Shown piece after piece: positions 1 through 9,264 of a stretch of DNA of 64,000 nt. The notes beneath the pieces are model-generated. The model saw only the letters and a list, made by a program, of their open reading frames with translations. It ran no database searches and was not told the DNA's origin. Origin of the DNA: an uncultured Candidatus Saccharibacteria bacterium (GTDB lineage Bacteria > Patescibacteriota > Dojkabacteria > B142 > OLB20); NCBI GenBank assembly GCA_964562165.1, contig CAZLRZ010000001.1, positions 1,349 to 65,348 of the forward strand, read 5' to 3'. Made by a program: the position numbers and the translations under genes. Position 1 is the stretch's first letter. The number at the start of each line of letters is the position of its first letter.

Positions 1-1
1 A

Positions 2-100
2 TGTGGTACAAATTTGAAACCCAAAACTAAGTGTCCCAAATGTCAATCCGATATTAAAGCAGGAATGAAGTTCTGTGCTGAATGTGGTGAAAAACTTTAA
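2..100 (+). CDS. 3' end of a zinc-ribbon protein (partial; reads ...CGTNLKPKTKCPKCQSDIKAGMKFCAECGEKL*)
   Basis: Frame 2 is open from the window edge to a TAA at 98-100. Three CxxC-type pairs are typical of double zinc-ribbon domains. Confidence 0.3.
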   Translation, partial: CGTNLKPKTKCPKCQSDIKAGMKFCAECGEKL

Positions 101-152
101 GTTAAACCTGAAGTCTTTGTAAATTCACTATCTGCTTTGATATAATCCACTC

Positions 153-905
153 ATGGGAAACCTATCAAAGAGATTGCGCTACTTCAGACAAACAAAAGGT
201 ATTAGCCAAATGGATTTGGAAATTACTACTGACCTTGCTTTTGGTAGTGTGAGCAGATTTGAATCTGGTAAAACCAATCCCACAAAAGAATCTATTTACA
301 AAATTTCCGAAATTTTAAATCTATCCAATTCCGAACTCGATTATTTAGTTGGTTCCACATCAAAGCCAGCAAATGATTCCGAAATTAAACAGGCTGAAAA
401 GGAAGTCGAAAGCTACTTCAACAAACCTCTAGTACTGGCTTTTCTTATTGACGATCGATTCAGATTATTAAAAGTATCCAATACACTAATGTCTATTTTT
501 GACACTTTAGATTTAAATCAATTAATAACTTTACCCGAAATTTTATTATCAAAAGAAAATCCTATAGGTAAATTTTTTCAAAAAGATTTGAATGCAAATC
601 TCGAACAGATCTTGATAAAGGTTAAAGATAAAATGGGCTTTATGATTGATGATGAGTATTATAAACAAATAACTGGATCTATTTTAAAATACTCCTTTGC
701 TAAGAAGATTTGGGATGAAATATTAATCCAAAACAAATCTTCGCATTCTATACCAATTAGTAATAGACAATTTACTTTTGGTACTGATAAAGAGTTTACA
801 AAGATGCATTATACAATCGAATCTTTGGAGAAAAATCCTCGTTTTTCAATTTTAGAGCTTTACCCCAATATGCAGTTTTACAAAAACTTTAAGAAGTTTT
901 TTTAA
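153..905 (+). CDS. XRE-family helix-turn-helix transcriptional regulator with a C-terminal domain of unknown function
   Basis: N-terminus LRYFRQTKGISQMDLE...SRFESGKTNPTKESIYKISEILNLS matches the HTH_3/XRE pattern. Confidence 0.5.
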   Translation: MGNLSKRLRYFRQTKGISQMDLEITTDLAFGSVSRFESGKTNPTKESIYKISEILNLSNSELDYLVGSTSKPANDSEIKQAEKEVESYFNKPLVLAFLIDDRFRLLKVSNTLMSIFDTLDLNQLITLPEILLSKENPIGKFFQKDLNANLEQILIKVKDKMGFMIDDEYYKQITGSILKYSFAKKIWDEILIQNKSSHSIPISNRQFTFGTDKEFTKMHYTIESLEKNPRFSILELYPNMQFYKNFKKFF

Positions 906-1353
906 CACTGAGAATATAGTTTCTCCAATTCGTTTTTAACCACTTTTTTGACAATTTATATTCGTCAAGTAGTCCCCTTTTTTGAAGTTCTTTACGAATA
1001 ACTCCACCTTTATGTGGGTGTTCAAAAATTTGATTTAACGGGGAACTAAATCCATGCGCATAATGGCATAGTTCGTGAGCAATAGTTCCCAGAACCACTT
1101 GGTCAGGTATTTGTGGATCTTTAAAATACGAAGTGATTGTAATTAATGACACTCGGGATTCATCTGCTGGACCTTCAGTATTTAACATCTTTTCAATTTT
1201 TTTAGTTTTTTTCCCAAGCCAAGAAATTGCGCCTAATTGCCTTTTTGACCTTTTACTAAATTTTATTAATACCACATTCAATCGAGGTACATCAGCAAAA
1301 TGATTTTCCCAAATTTCATAAAGTTTTTCTTGAAGCCAATTATCATCTCTCAT
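889..1353 (-). CDS. SprT-like / DUF45-family zinc metallopeptidase
   Basis: HExxH motif in the context TIAHELCHYAHGF. Size 154 aa. Converges on and overlaps the HTH gene by 17 nt. Confidence 0.45.
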   Translation of the reverse strand: MRDDNWLQEKLYEIWENHFADVPRLNVVLIKFSKRSKRQLGAISWLGKKTKKIEKMLNTEGPADESRVSLITITSYFKDPQIPDQVVLGTIAHELCHYAHGFSSPLNQIFEHPHKGGVIRKELQKRGLLDEYKLSKKWLKTNWRNYILSVKKTS

Positions 1354-1376
1354 GAAAATATTATACCAATAAAAAC

Positions 1377-1408
1377 AAGATCTCGGGCTTTTTAAAGCCC
1401 GAGATCTT
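1377..1408 (-). terminator. Rho-independent terminator downstream of the Hsp20 gene
   Basis: Near-perfect 15-bp inverted repeat AAGATCTCGGGCTTT / AAAGCCCGAGATCTT, followed on the minus strand by GTTTTTATTGG. Confidence 0.6.
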
Positions 1409-1421
1409 AATTGTTACTCTT

Positions 1422-1844
1422 TTATTTAACTGAAATAGCAATTTTTTTAGGTTTAACTTCTTCTACTTTTGGAAGAAGAACTTTTAAAATTCCATTTTTC
1501 ATTTCAGCTTGAACTTGATCAGATTTTACAGATGTTGGCAAGCTAATTGATTTACTAAAAGATTCGTTTCGCATTTCTTTGTAATAGTATTTTCTCTTTT
1601 TGTCTTCCTCTTCTTTTTCTTGTTCAAATTTTCCTGTTATTGTAAGAACCTTACCTTCTATACTGATTTCAATTTGTTCTGGAGTAAAACCCGCAGCTTT
1701 TAATTTAACGACTACTTTATCGTCATCTTCGTACATTTCAAGTTCTCCAGTACTTACTGGAACGAAATCTTTCATTAAATCATCCATCCAGTTAGCTGTC
1801 CAGAATCTTGTAGGATCCATTAAAGTTAATCTTCTGTCATTCAT
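1422..1844 (-). CDS. Hsp20/alpha-crystallin family small heat-shock protein
   Basis: 140 aa. Alpha-crystallin domain pattern (…ISIEGKVLTITGKFEQEKEE…YYYKEMRNESFSKSISLP…DQVQAEMKNGILKVLLPK). Confidence 0.8.
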   Translation of the reverse strand: MNDRRLTLMDPTRFWTANWMDDLMKDFVPVSTGELEMYEDDDKVVVKLKAAGFTPEQIEISIEGKVLTITGKFEQEKEEEDKKRKYYYKEMRNESFSKSISLPTSVKSDQVQAEMKNGILKVLLPKVEEVKPKKIAISVK

Positions 1845-1953
1845 TTTTAAAAAATATAAAAAATAAAATATTTGCCGAGAAGATGGTTAGCAATCTAACA
1901 ACCTCTCTGCTAAAAGTTTAACTCAAAAGGGATTTTTTTGTCAAGAGGTTTCT

Positions 1954-2988
1954 CTAATAAACAGCCGTAGCTGTGTAAATGATAGTTGTCTGGTAGAATC
2001 CGGCGGCAGTTGCAGAAGCTATCCCCACCCTATAAAAAACATTTGCTGTTTCAGTTACTTCTGTTGCTCCATACATAACCTCCTCTGGATTTGTTGAAAA
2101 TGCAGCATACTTTGGATTTGAAGGTGTATTTTGAAATCTATTTGGCGTAGCACCCGAGAGTGTATAGTCATTTGTATAATAACCAAAAGCTTCTGTTCCT
2201 GCAGCTGGGAAAACAGTTGGGGAAGCATTTGTGCCGCTATGGTCATTGATATCGTCTACTCCATTTGCAGCTAAAAGTTTTTGTGTATATCTCGTTGTCA
2301 CTGTAAATCCATTTGTTGCGTTTGTTGAGATATTTAATAAATGTGCTCCAGTCCTATTTGTTGCAGTAGTGAGGGTTCCAAATGGTACTGTCCCATCAGT
2401 TGATGTAATATCCGGAGAATAGAGAGGTATATATTCACCCGCTCCAACACCATCAATAGTAAAGGTTAAAGTGGGATCAACACTTGCAGTAACTAATTGG
2501 CTGTTGTTATAAATGTACATAACTGTACCATTATCGACTGGTGAAGAAGCACAATCAGTATTATTATAGGTACTTACCAAAACAAAATAACCAGTTTCGA
2601 TTGTTGACCCGTTTGTAATTCCACTCAAAATAATTGTTCTAGATGTTGCTGCAGCTGGTGTTTGGGCGGTACCAGTTATCGTTGTAACTCCACTTGCATC
2701 AGTATTTACAACTGTCCAACTGGCTGGTGTAGGAATGTATGTACCAGAAAAAGTTGCTGATGCAATATTCATACCTGTTGGCTTAGTTTGCACGCTTGTT
2801 GAAGTCGAAAATGCCACCTTGATACATTGTATGGCTGATACTGTTACATTATCCATTTTTATAGTATAAGACACCGCAGCCTGTGAAGGTCTTGAATCCG
2901 ATAACAACACTGACGAATTTGTGTATGAGGCAGCTTTTACAGGTTGCAGAGCAATGCTAGGCAAGGTTATTAGCAAAACCAAAAACAA
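1954..2988 (-). CDS. Secreted Thr/Ser-rich protein of unknown function
   Basis: Sec-type signal peptide MFLVLLITLPSIALQPVKA|AS, then roughly 30% Thr/Ser and no other TM segment. No recognisable family. Confidence 0.5.
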   Translation of the reverse strand: MFLVLLITLPSIALQPVKAASYTNSSVLLSDSRPSQAAVSYTIKMDNVTVSAIQCIKVAFSTSTSVQTKPTGMNIASATFSGTYIPTPASWTVVNTDASGVTTITGTAQTPAAATSRTIILSGITNGSTIETGYFVLVSTYNNTDCASSPVDNGTVMYIYNNSQLVTASVDPTLTFTIDGVGAGEYIPLYSPDITSTDGTVPFGTLTTATNRTGAHLLNISTNATNGFTVTTRYTQKLLAANGVDDINDHSGTNASPTVFPAAGTEAFGYYTNDYTLSGATPNRFQNTPSNPKYAAFSTNPEEVMYGATEVTETANVFYRVGIASATAAGFYQTTIIYTATAVY

Positions 2989-3019
2989 TTTAATTGTTTT
3001 TTCAGAGTTTTAATAGTTT

Positions 3020-3394
3020 TCATAAAATAAAAATGATTAACACACTGTAAATTAAAGCCAAGAAGACTGCAAGCAGGATAATAAACGTTGCCCTTTCTCG
3101 GTCTTTTTCAATTGAATCGCTATCAATAACATTATGCGGTTCTAGAGCATCGTCGGAATTCTCTTTTTGCGTTATTCCGTACATTACTCCAAATTTATTA
3201 CGGAATTGAATTATTCCAAGAGCGCAAAAATATGCTGGAATAAACACAAGGATTTGTAATAAGGTTGGAAAGATCCAAACATAGCTAATAAAAGTCCAGC
3301 CCATTGTGATCATGCCGGCGCCTATGGCCATATCTTGGAATTTTTGCACATCCTTTGAGCCGGCATTAGAAATGCCTGGTTTATAATTATTCAT
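3020..3394 (-). CDS. Small integral membrane protein (3 predicted TM segments), unknown function
   Basis: 124 aa with three hydrophobic stretches. No motif recognised. Confidence 0.4.
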   Translation of the reverse strand: MNNYKPGISNAGSKDVQKFQDMAIGAGMITMGWTFISYVWIFPTLLQILVFIPAYFCALGIIQFRNKFGVMYGITQKENSDDALEPHNVIDSDSIEKDRERATFIILLAVFLALIYSVLIIFIL

Positions 3395-3472
3395 AATAAA
3401 AGGATACTAAAAATGAAGCGAGATTTGAATATGCTATACTATTTTTATACCTAATTTTAACTTTTTTTAAGT

Positions 3473-4171
3473 ATGTTTTTGCCCTCATTTGATCCAATTT
3501 ACATCCTTTTCGCTTTACCTGCTCTCGTTTTAGGATTTATCGCTACTATATATTTAAATTATATAACTAAGAAGTTCAATACAATTGAAACCAAACGCAA
3601 ATTAAATGGTTTAGAAATAGCCCAAGTAATTGGGAAAAGTGAAGGAATAAAATTCCAAATCAATTTATTTCCGACCCTTCTGAGTGAGTCTTACGATCCA
3701 ACGACTCAAACTTTAAACTTATCAGTTGAAAGCGCACAAAACAGAACTATCACAACTACTGCTATAACTGCTCATGAACTTGGACATATTATTCAACACC
3801 AAAAAGATAGTTTGTTATTTAAAATCAGAACAACTATAGTTCCTCTTGTTAGTTTTGGTACAAATATTGGATATTTTCTATTAATTATAGGTTTAGTTTT
3901 GGAATTCTCAAGCCTAGCATGGCTTGGTATAATTTTCTTTTCTTTAGCTACAATTTTTGCACTTATTACTGTTCCACTTGAATTTGACGCTAGCGAAAAG
4001 GCAATTAGGGTTTTAGAAAAGAACCAAATTATTTTTCCTTCAGAAAAATCGGGTGCAAAAAAGGTATTATTTGCAGCTGCATTAACCTATGTCGCAGGAC
4101 TATTTCAGTCAATCGGACAACTCCTTTACTTTATTTTCCGCATACAGGGGTTTTCAAGGAGTAAAGATTAA
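3473..4171 (+). CDS. Membrane zinc metallopeptidase, YugP/Zn_peptidase_2-like
   Basis: HExxH within TAHELGHIIQHQ. N-terminal TM plus C-terminal TM segments. 232 aa is typical for this family. Confidence 0.55.
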   Translation: MFLPSFDPIYILFALPALVLGFIATIYLNYITKKFNTIETKRKLNGLEIAQVIGKSEGIKFQINLFPTLLSESYDPTTQTLNLSVESAQNRTITTTAITAHELGHIIQHQKDSLLFKIRTTIVPLVSFGTNIGYFLLIIGLVLEFSSLAWLGIIFFSLATIFALITVPLEFDASEKAIRVLEKNQIIFPSEKSGAKKVLFAAALTYVAGLFQSIGQLLYFIFRIQGFSRSKD

Positions 4172-4485
4172 CCAATCAATAAGCCAGATTCTGTATCCTC
4201 CAATTAGTTTTGGATTGAGATAGTAATTTATCTATGCCTAGAAATATTCTAGTTGCTCTAAAGTAAGGGTTACCCAGCATTTCAACTTTACAGTTGAAAC
4301 CGGTGGTCTTTTACACCACCTTTTCACAATCTCCAAATCAATTAAGATTTGGGATTTTGCTTTCTGTGGCCCTGTTCTATAAGCTCACACCTATCCATGT
4401 TTCCATGGTACTTTTTGCTAAATTGAATTAGCTTAGAGTCCGGACTTTCCTCCCCAAATTACTCCGGGGCTACCATCTTGATTAG
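4172..4485 (-). ncRNA. rnpB: RNase P RNA (bacterial type A-like, reduced to ~314 nt)
   Basis: The minus strand reads CCCCGGAGUAAUUUGGGG (P3 hairpin) followed by AGGAAAGUCCGGACUC (the universal P4 5' strand). Further matches are ACAGAAAGCAAAAUCCC, GGUGGUGUAAAAGACCACC, CUGGGUAAC, UAGAUAAAUUACUAUC and the 3' ACAGAAUCUGGCUUAUUGAUU, which pairs with the 5' AAUCAAGAU (P1). The 327-nt interval holds no ORF. Confidence 0.85.
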
Positions 4486-4499
4486 TTGGGATTATTATA

Positions 4500-5072
4500 C
4501 TAGAAATCGACTACTTTCGTAAATGTATACGATTCGTCCTCAAAAAGAATAGTTGCATTTAAACTGTAGCTACCTTTTTCGAAATATTCTTGAAGACCAC
4601 TTCTGTTATTAATATCTTTTGCTTTTTCAATAAAAGAATAATTTACAGAGCTATCATCCATTTTTACAAACGACCAATAAATTTGGAATTCTGAACCTGT
4701 TTCGCCCCATACTACACCTTCAACACTTGGCGTTATTTTAAAATCTACATAAGAATGATCCCCATCTACCAATAAAACTTGCGTATATATTTCAGCATTT
4801 ACTGTCCTTTTGGCTTGTATATTAAAAACCTCTTGTTGGTTAACTGCTAAGACTGCAAATACAACGCCGGCACCTACGACAAACAATCCTAATAATGCAT
4901 AAAGTGATTTCCCTAGAAATCCCGTGGCTGTTTTGTTTTGATTTTCCATGTTTAACTTTCTATTTTTAAAATGAAAAAATACAATAGCTAGTATTACTAA
5001 GATTAATAATACCAAAGCTATAAAAAATAAGCTATTCAAATTTATTGATATTTGCTGTTGAAAATAATCCAT
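4500..5072 (-). CDS. Membrane protein (2 N-terminal TM segments plus an extracytoplasmic domain), last gene of the VirB4-containing operon
   Basis: 190 aa with hydrophobic segments at ~15-35 and ~55-78. Lies 16 nt downstream of the VirB4 ATPase ORF. Confidence 0.45.
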   Translation of the reverse strand: MDYFQQQISINLNSLFFIALVLLILVILAIVFFHFKNRKLNMENQNKTATGFLGKSLYALLGLFVVGAGVVFAVLAVNQQEVFNIQAKRTVNAEIYTQVLLVDGDHSYVDFKITPSVEGVVWGETGSEFQIYWSFVKMDDSSVNYSFIEKAKDINNRSGLQEYFEKGSYSLNATILFEDESYTFTKVVDF

Positions 5073-5088
5073 AATCCTTTAAACTCTT

Positions 5089-7104
5089 TTATGTTGTTAA
5101 ATTCGTTTTTATCACACTTTTTTGGGGCTGAACATCTTTTACTCCCGAAATCTCCTCCTTATCTTTACTTTCCATTGCCAAAATTTCTCTAAGATTAGTT
5201 GTTATTAAGTTATGTTCGTTTTCGCTTGCTAATACTTGTATTGCAACATGATTATAATCGGCAAAGAATAAGCCTTCACCAATACCCGCTGAAAGTAGGT
5301 AATCCTTTTCTCCATCTGATAAATAAAAGACTTTTTGAATTTGATCAACTGCAGCGGCATTTTGCTTTAACAATAATTGAATTGACGAGTTGTTAACTAC
5401 GGCCTTTCCGTAATCGGATGTTAAAAAGTCATTAACATCTTGTGTGATTGTTGTTACTCCTAAGCCGTATTTCCTTGATCTTTTTACAATAGAATAGACA
5501 AAACGAGCCGCATCAGGATATTGCATCATCCACCAAGCCTCATCAATAATTAGAATACGTTGTCGCTTATCCTTTTTAACTAAAGTCCAGATATAGTCTA
5601 ACATCACATACATTGCTACAGGTCTGAGTTCATCTGACAAATCTCTAATACTGAAGGCTGTAAAGGTATTATTTATTTTTACATTCGTAGCCTGGTCAAA
5701 AACACCTGCAGCGCTACCTTTAATAAATCTTTCGATTTTACTGGCTAGTAGATGGGCTTCGTCTTCGGCCATTGCATTAAGGATTTTATACAAATCTTCT
5801 AATAGTGGTGGAGGTCTTCGTTGAGTGGATGGATCAGGAGTAATCCCCTTTTCTTTATATGTCAAAATCAAGGCCCTATCAAGAATAGCAGTTTCTATTG
5901 GGCTTATTGTGCCCCCGACCATAATTCTAATTAGGCCTTGTAAAAATAGGATCTTAAATCTCAATTCATCTTCATCCTTTTCGAAAATACCTGATAGTTC
6001 AAATGGATTTAGTTTAGCCCCGGAATCTTGAGAGAATGTAATATATTCCCCGCCAATAGCATTTGTGAGTTTTTCATATTCTTTTTCAGGATCGATAATC
6101 ATAACGTGGGTTCCAAGCATCAAACTACGCATTGCTTCTAGTTTTACAAAATAACTTTTTCCGGCTCCAGAGGTTGCGAATATTACCATATTAGGGTTAG
6201 GCATTTGGAACCTATCAAAAATGATCAAACTTTTATTGTGCTTATTTATTCCATACATTATGCCGTCATCCATTGTAAGTTCCGAGGATACAAATGGGAA
6301 CGTTGTCGCTAATGAGGTTGTGTCCATATTCCTATTAAGATAGATTTTGTCATATCCCAAAGGAAGCGTGGAAATAAAGCCCTGCTCTTGTTGTAATGAT
6401 GCAACTTTAACAATTACACCTATTGCAGAAAGAGTTGATTCAACATTTCTTGAAATTTCTTCAAGTTCTTTAAGGTTAGTTGAACGAATAGTTACATATA
6501 GGGCAAAGTGGAAGAACTTCTGATTGCCCGAGGCGATCTGATCTTGGAGTTCTTCAGCTGAACGCAATGCGACTTTAACATTTGGGTCTGGTAGCTTGCC
6601 TGATTCTAGGTCAATATTAATAGTCGCTTGGAATTCAGTGATTTTTCTCTTTAACCTTTGTAATACAAGGCCCGAATCTGTTGGATAATAAAAAGTCGAA
6701 ATTGTAATAGGTTTCTCAAAGTTTATTAGAGGAGACAGCCAATTTGCGCCCACCCAGGTTGGGAATCCTGTCGCAAAGAAAGTTCTAAAATATTTACTAC
6801 CGATTTGCATATTGTTGAAATCGATTTCGATTGCAGGTGGAGCAATAATATCTTTAACATCAACGATACCTTCTGAGAAATTTTTAATTGCGTCTTCTTC
6901 TAGTTCACTATCCGTTTTGGTTTCAGTAACCTTTACTTGTGGCTTGCCCATAACTGACTCTAGAGCCTGTTTAATTCCGGTGCTTTGTTGTGGGGCAGCC
7001 TGCGTAGACTGAGCCCCCGCCACAGCAGTATTAGACTGAGGCCCAGCTTCTTGAGTTTGTGGTTTTGAAGGTTTTCTTCCTAATAGTGCGTCTAATATAT
7101 TCAT
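5089..7104 (-). CDS. VirB4/TrbE/CagE-family type IV secretion ATPase, C-terminal ATPase part
   Basis: Walker A FATSGAGKSYF and Walker B ILIIDEAWWMM (DEAW is characteristic of VirB4). 671 aa. Its start overlaps the upstream stop in a TAATG. Confidence 0.6.
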   Translation of the reverse strand: MNILDALLGRKPSKPQTQEAGPQSNTAVAGAQSTQAAPQQSTGIKQALESVMGKPQVKVTETKTDSELEEDAIKNFSEGIVDVKDIIAPPAIEIDFNNMQIGSKYFRTFFATGFPTWVGANWLSPLINFEKPITISTFYYPTDSGLVLQRLKRKITEFQATINIDLESGKLPDPNVKVALRSAEELQDQIASGNQKFFHFALYVTIRSTNLKELEEISRNVESTLSAIGVIVKVASLQQEQGFISTLPLGYDKIYLNRNMDTTSLATTFPFVSSELTMDDGIMYGINKHNKSLIIFDRFQMPNPNMVIFATSGAGKSYFVKLEAMRSLMLGTHVMIIDPEKEYEKLTNAIGGEYITFSQDSGAKLNPFELSGIFEKDEDELRFKILFLQGLIRIMVGGTISPIETAILDRALILTYKEKGITPDPSTQRRPPPLLEDLYKILNAMAEDEAHLLASKIERFIKGSAAGVFDQATNVKINNTFTAFSIRDLSDELRPVAMYVMLDYIWTLVKKDKRQRILIIDEAWWMMQYPDAARFVYSIVKRSRKYGLGVTTITQDVNDFLTSDYGKAVVNNSSIQLLLKQNAAAVDQIQKVFYLSDGEKDYLLSAGIGEGLFFADYNHVAIQVLASENEHNLITTNLREILAMESKDKEEISGVKDVQPQKSVIKTNLTT

Positions 7105-7769
7105 TATTTACTTGATGTATATTGTGTAGTTTTAAGTTGTAATTTCGAAACCCCTAATTTATCAGGATCGTACATAGAATAATAAAGCCTGATAAGCCTA
7201 TCATTATCTAATTGGAATGCATTTAGCCCAATATTTTTAAATTGTTTTATAAAATTCTCTCTTTTTGGGAATAATCTTGGCTTTACTTCATCTAGCATTG
7301 AATTTATGTTTATGATCCTTTCTTTTTTGCCAAAGAACTGTTTAACTCCACTCGTTTTCTGAACTGTGCCTCCACTTTCTGGGATTACAATATAGAAGGT
7401 TTTGTCTAGGATATCTTTATTGGCAGTTAGATTCTGAATAAATTGCATATAAATATCAATTTGCCTTTTTAGGGCATCAGAAATTTGCTTTTCCCTATAT
7501 ACCTTTAGTCTGTCGATATATCCACTAATATCAGTTCTTTCGGTCTTAATTACTATTTGAAAAGGGAAGTCCAAGGAATTCAAAATTGCAGCAAAGCTCA
7601 TAATCTTCATGTCTTGTTCTTTTTCTGACAACAAATCGAAGTTTAAAGCATTTACCTCAAGCACCATTGAAATCATTCCGTTTTTCAAAATGACCAAATC
7701 ATCGCGAATATCTTCTATTGCAAGATGCTGTTGAGTGCTAGGACTTGTTGATGGACCGAATAATCCCAT
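7104..7769 (-). CDS. VirB4-family N-terminal domain (CagE_TrbE_VirB-like) encoded as a separate ORF
   Basis: 221 aa. IEDIRDDLVILKNGMISMVLEVNALNFDLLSEKEQDMKIMSFAAILNSLDFPFQIVIKTER resembles the VirB4 N-domain consensus (…ddgvl.tkdGsl…v.g.d.e…e.e…). Together with the next ORF it totals ~892 aa, which is VirB4-sized. Confidence 0.45.
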   Translation of the reverse strand: MGLFGPSTSPSTQQHLAIEDIRDDLVILKNGMISMVLEVNALNFDLLSEKEQDMKIMSFAAILNSLDFPFQIVIKTERTDISGYIDRLKVYREKQISDALKRQIDIYMQFIQNLTANKDILDKTFYIVIPESGGTVQKTSGVKQFFGKKERIININSMLDEVKPRLFPKRENFIKQFKNIGLNAFQLDNDRLIRLYYSMYDPDKLGVSKLQLKTTQYTSSK

Positions 7770-8776
7770 TAATTTATAGCTTTTATAACTAAATCTAATA
7801 ATTTCCCTTCTTCTATATTAACGCTTATGCGATCAAAGTTGAAGTTTGGTTTTGATATGTCTAAGTAATAATCGCCACTTGGCAATTGATTGATTAATTC
7901 AAACCGTCCATCCGCATTGCTGTTTAACGACCTCACCAATTTGCCAGACAAATCAATAATATCAATTTTCGCAGATTTCACAGGTTGATTGAATGCATCA
8001 ACAACAATTCCTGTTAAAAATAGCTTAATATTATTATTCTTTACTACTGCAGCAGTAGGATTTGAAGTGTTAAAATCCACCGGCCTATTTACCCTACTTG
8101 TCATTGGTTTAAAAGATACTGCATAATTTGAGCCCTCGTATAATTTTTCGCCCTTGAAATCCTGCGTGATTGAATCGGCAATGGTCTCGGGCTTTTTGTA
8201 CATAGTGTCGTTTTGTGGTGGAGTGTTTTCTGCCACCTGAGCAGTTCTTTGTGGCTTTTCGCCTTGGATTTCCGGGACTTGATTAAACAAGAAATCAAAA
8301 TGTTCGTTTATTTTGCTGAGATTGTCATCCTCAAATTTGTCTAGTTTTTCTTCTTCTACAGATAGTTTTTCAAGGGGTTGATCAGGAATGTTAGCAACAC
8401 GCATTCGTGATAAAGCATTATCGATTTCTTTACCAGGAGCTTTTGTGACAGTTTCCGCTTTTGATTCCTGAAGGATTTCAGGAACTACAGGCGTTTTGCG
8501 CCATAATCTTTCTTGGGGTTCAAAAAGGCTATTTACAAAGTTTTGAAGATATATAACTGCAGACTGACCATTTATTTTGACAACTGCCAGAATAATTCCT
8601 CCGCCAATAGAAATAGCGATAAAAATATATTTTAAGATTTCGGGGATTTCCGAGTAGTAGAGCAAAAGGGCTAATATAAAGCCTACAGCCAAATATCCAA
8701 ACTGTTTTACAGTAAAGAACCCGAATAGTTTGAACTCAACATCCATAAAATTATGGGGCACTGGATGTCTTTCCAT
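7769..8776 (-). CDS. Membrane protein with 2 N-terminal TM segments and a C-terminal CarboxypepD_reg-like beta-sandwich domain
   Basis: C-terminus GIVVDAFNQPVKSAKIDIIDLSGKLVRSLNSNADGRFELINQLPSGDYYLDISKPNFNF matches the carboxypeptidase-regulatory-domain pattern. The two TM helices lie at residues ~20-70. Confidence 0.4.
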   Translation of the reverse strand: MERHPVPHNFMDVEFKLFGFFTVKQFGYLAVGFILALLLYYSEIPEILKYIFIAISIGGGIILAVVKINGQSAVIYLQNFVNSLFEPQERLWRKTPVVPEILQESKAETVTKAPGKEIDNALSRMRVANIPDQPLEKLSVEEEKLDKFEDDNLSKINEHFDFLFNQVPEIQGEKPQRTAQVAENTPPQNDTMYKKPETIADSITQDFKGEKLYEGSNYAVSFKPMTSRVNRPVDFNTSNPTAAVVKNNNIKLFLTGIVVDAFNQPVKSAKIDIIDLSGKLVRSLNSNADGRFELINQLPSGDYYLDISKPNFNFDRISVNIEEGKLLDLVIKAIN

Positions 8777-8796
8777 TGAATTTAAAAAATTTTAAC

Positions 8797-9264
8797 TTAT
8801 TTAATATCAACAATCACATATTCATTTTCGCCTGCTGGCGTTGCGAATTGAAAAACTTGGTCTTTCTTTTTCCCAACAATTGCCATGCCTAGTGGGGCTT
8901 CAACTGAAATTTTACCGTTTGTTGGATCAGCTTCACTTGGGCCGACTAATTCAAAAGTTGATTTCGAATTGGTTGTTTTGTTTAATACAACGACAGTCTT
9001 GCCAATTGAGGCATTTGAACTGTTCTTGTTTTCAACGATTATTACAGCGTTTTTTATCATATCGTCTAATTCGACGATCTTTTTTTCGTTAAATTCTTTT
9101 TCATCCATTGCAGCTTTGTATGCCGCATTTTCTGAAAGATCTCCCTGCTCTCTAGCAGTTTCAATTTCGTCTGCAATCTTTTCCCGGAGTTTAGTTAAAC
9201 GCTCTTCAAGCTCTTTTTTTAAGTCAACTAAGCCTTCTTTTGTAATTTGAATTTTAGTATCCAT
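8797..9264 (-). CDS. greA: Transcription elongation factor GreA
   Basis: 155 aa. N-terminal coiled coil with the acidic tip DLSENAAYKAA. C-terminal FKBP-like domain (…GKTVVVLN…FELVGPSEADP…ISVEAPLGMAIVGKK). Confidence 0.85.
   Translation of the reverse strand: MDTKIQITKEGLVDLKKELEERLTKLREKIADEIETAREQGDLSENAAYKAAMDEKEFNEKKIVELDDMIKNAVIIVENKNSSNASIGKTVVVLNKTTNSKSTFELVGPSEADPTNGKISVEAPLGMAIVGKKKDQVFQFATPAGENEYVIVDIK

Noticed and set aside
1600-1866. 88-aa plus-strand ORF rich in Ser
   Set aside because: It lies entirely antisense within the Hsp20 gene and has a low-complexity composition, so it is a shadow ORF.
4301-4325. GGTGGTCTTTTACACCACC hairpin plus TTTT that looked like a terminator for the 3473..4171 gene
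   Set aside because: It lies inside rnpB. On the minus strand it is the conserved GGUGGUGUAAAAGACCACC helix of RNase P RNA.
8841-9250. Two plus-strand ORFs (83 and 121 aa) opposite greA
   Set aside because: They are antisense to a well-supported GreA CDS and have no motifs, so they are shadow ORFs.
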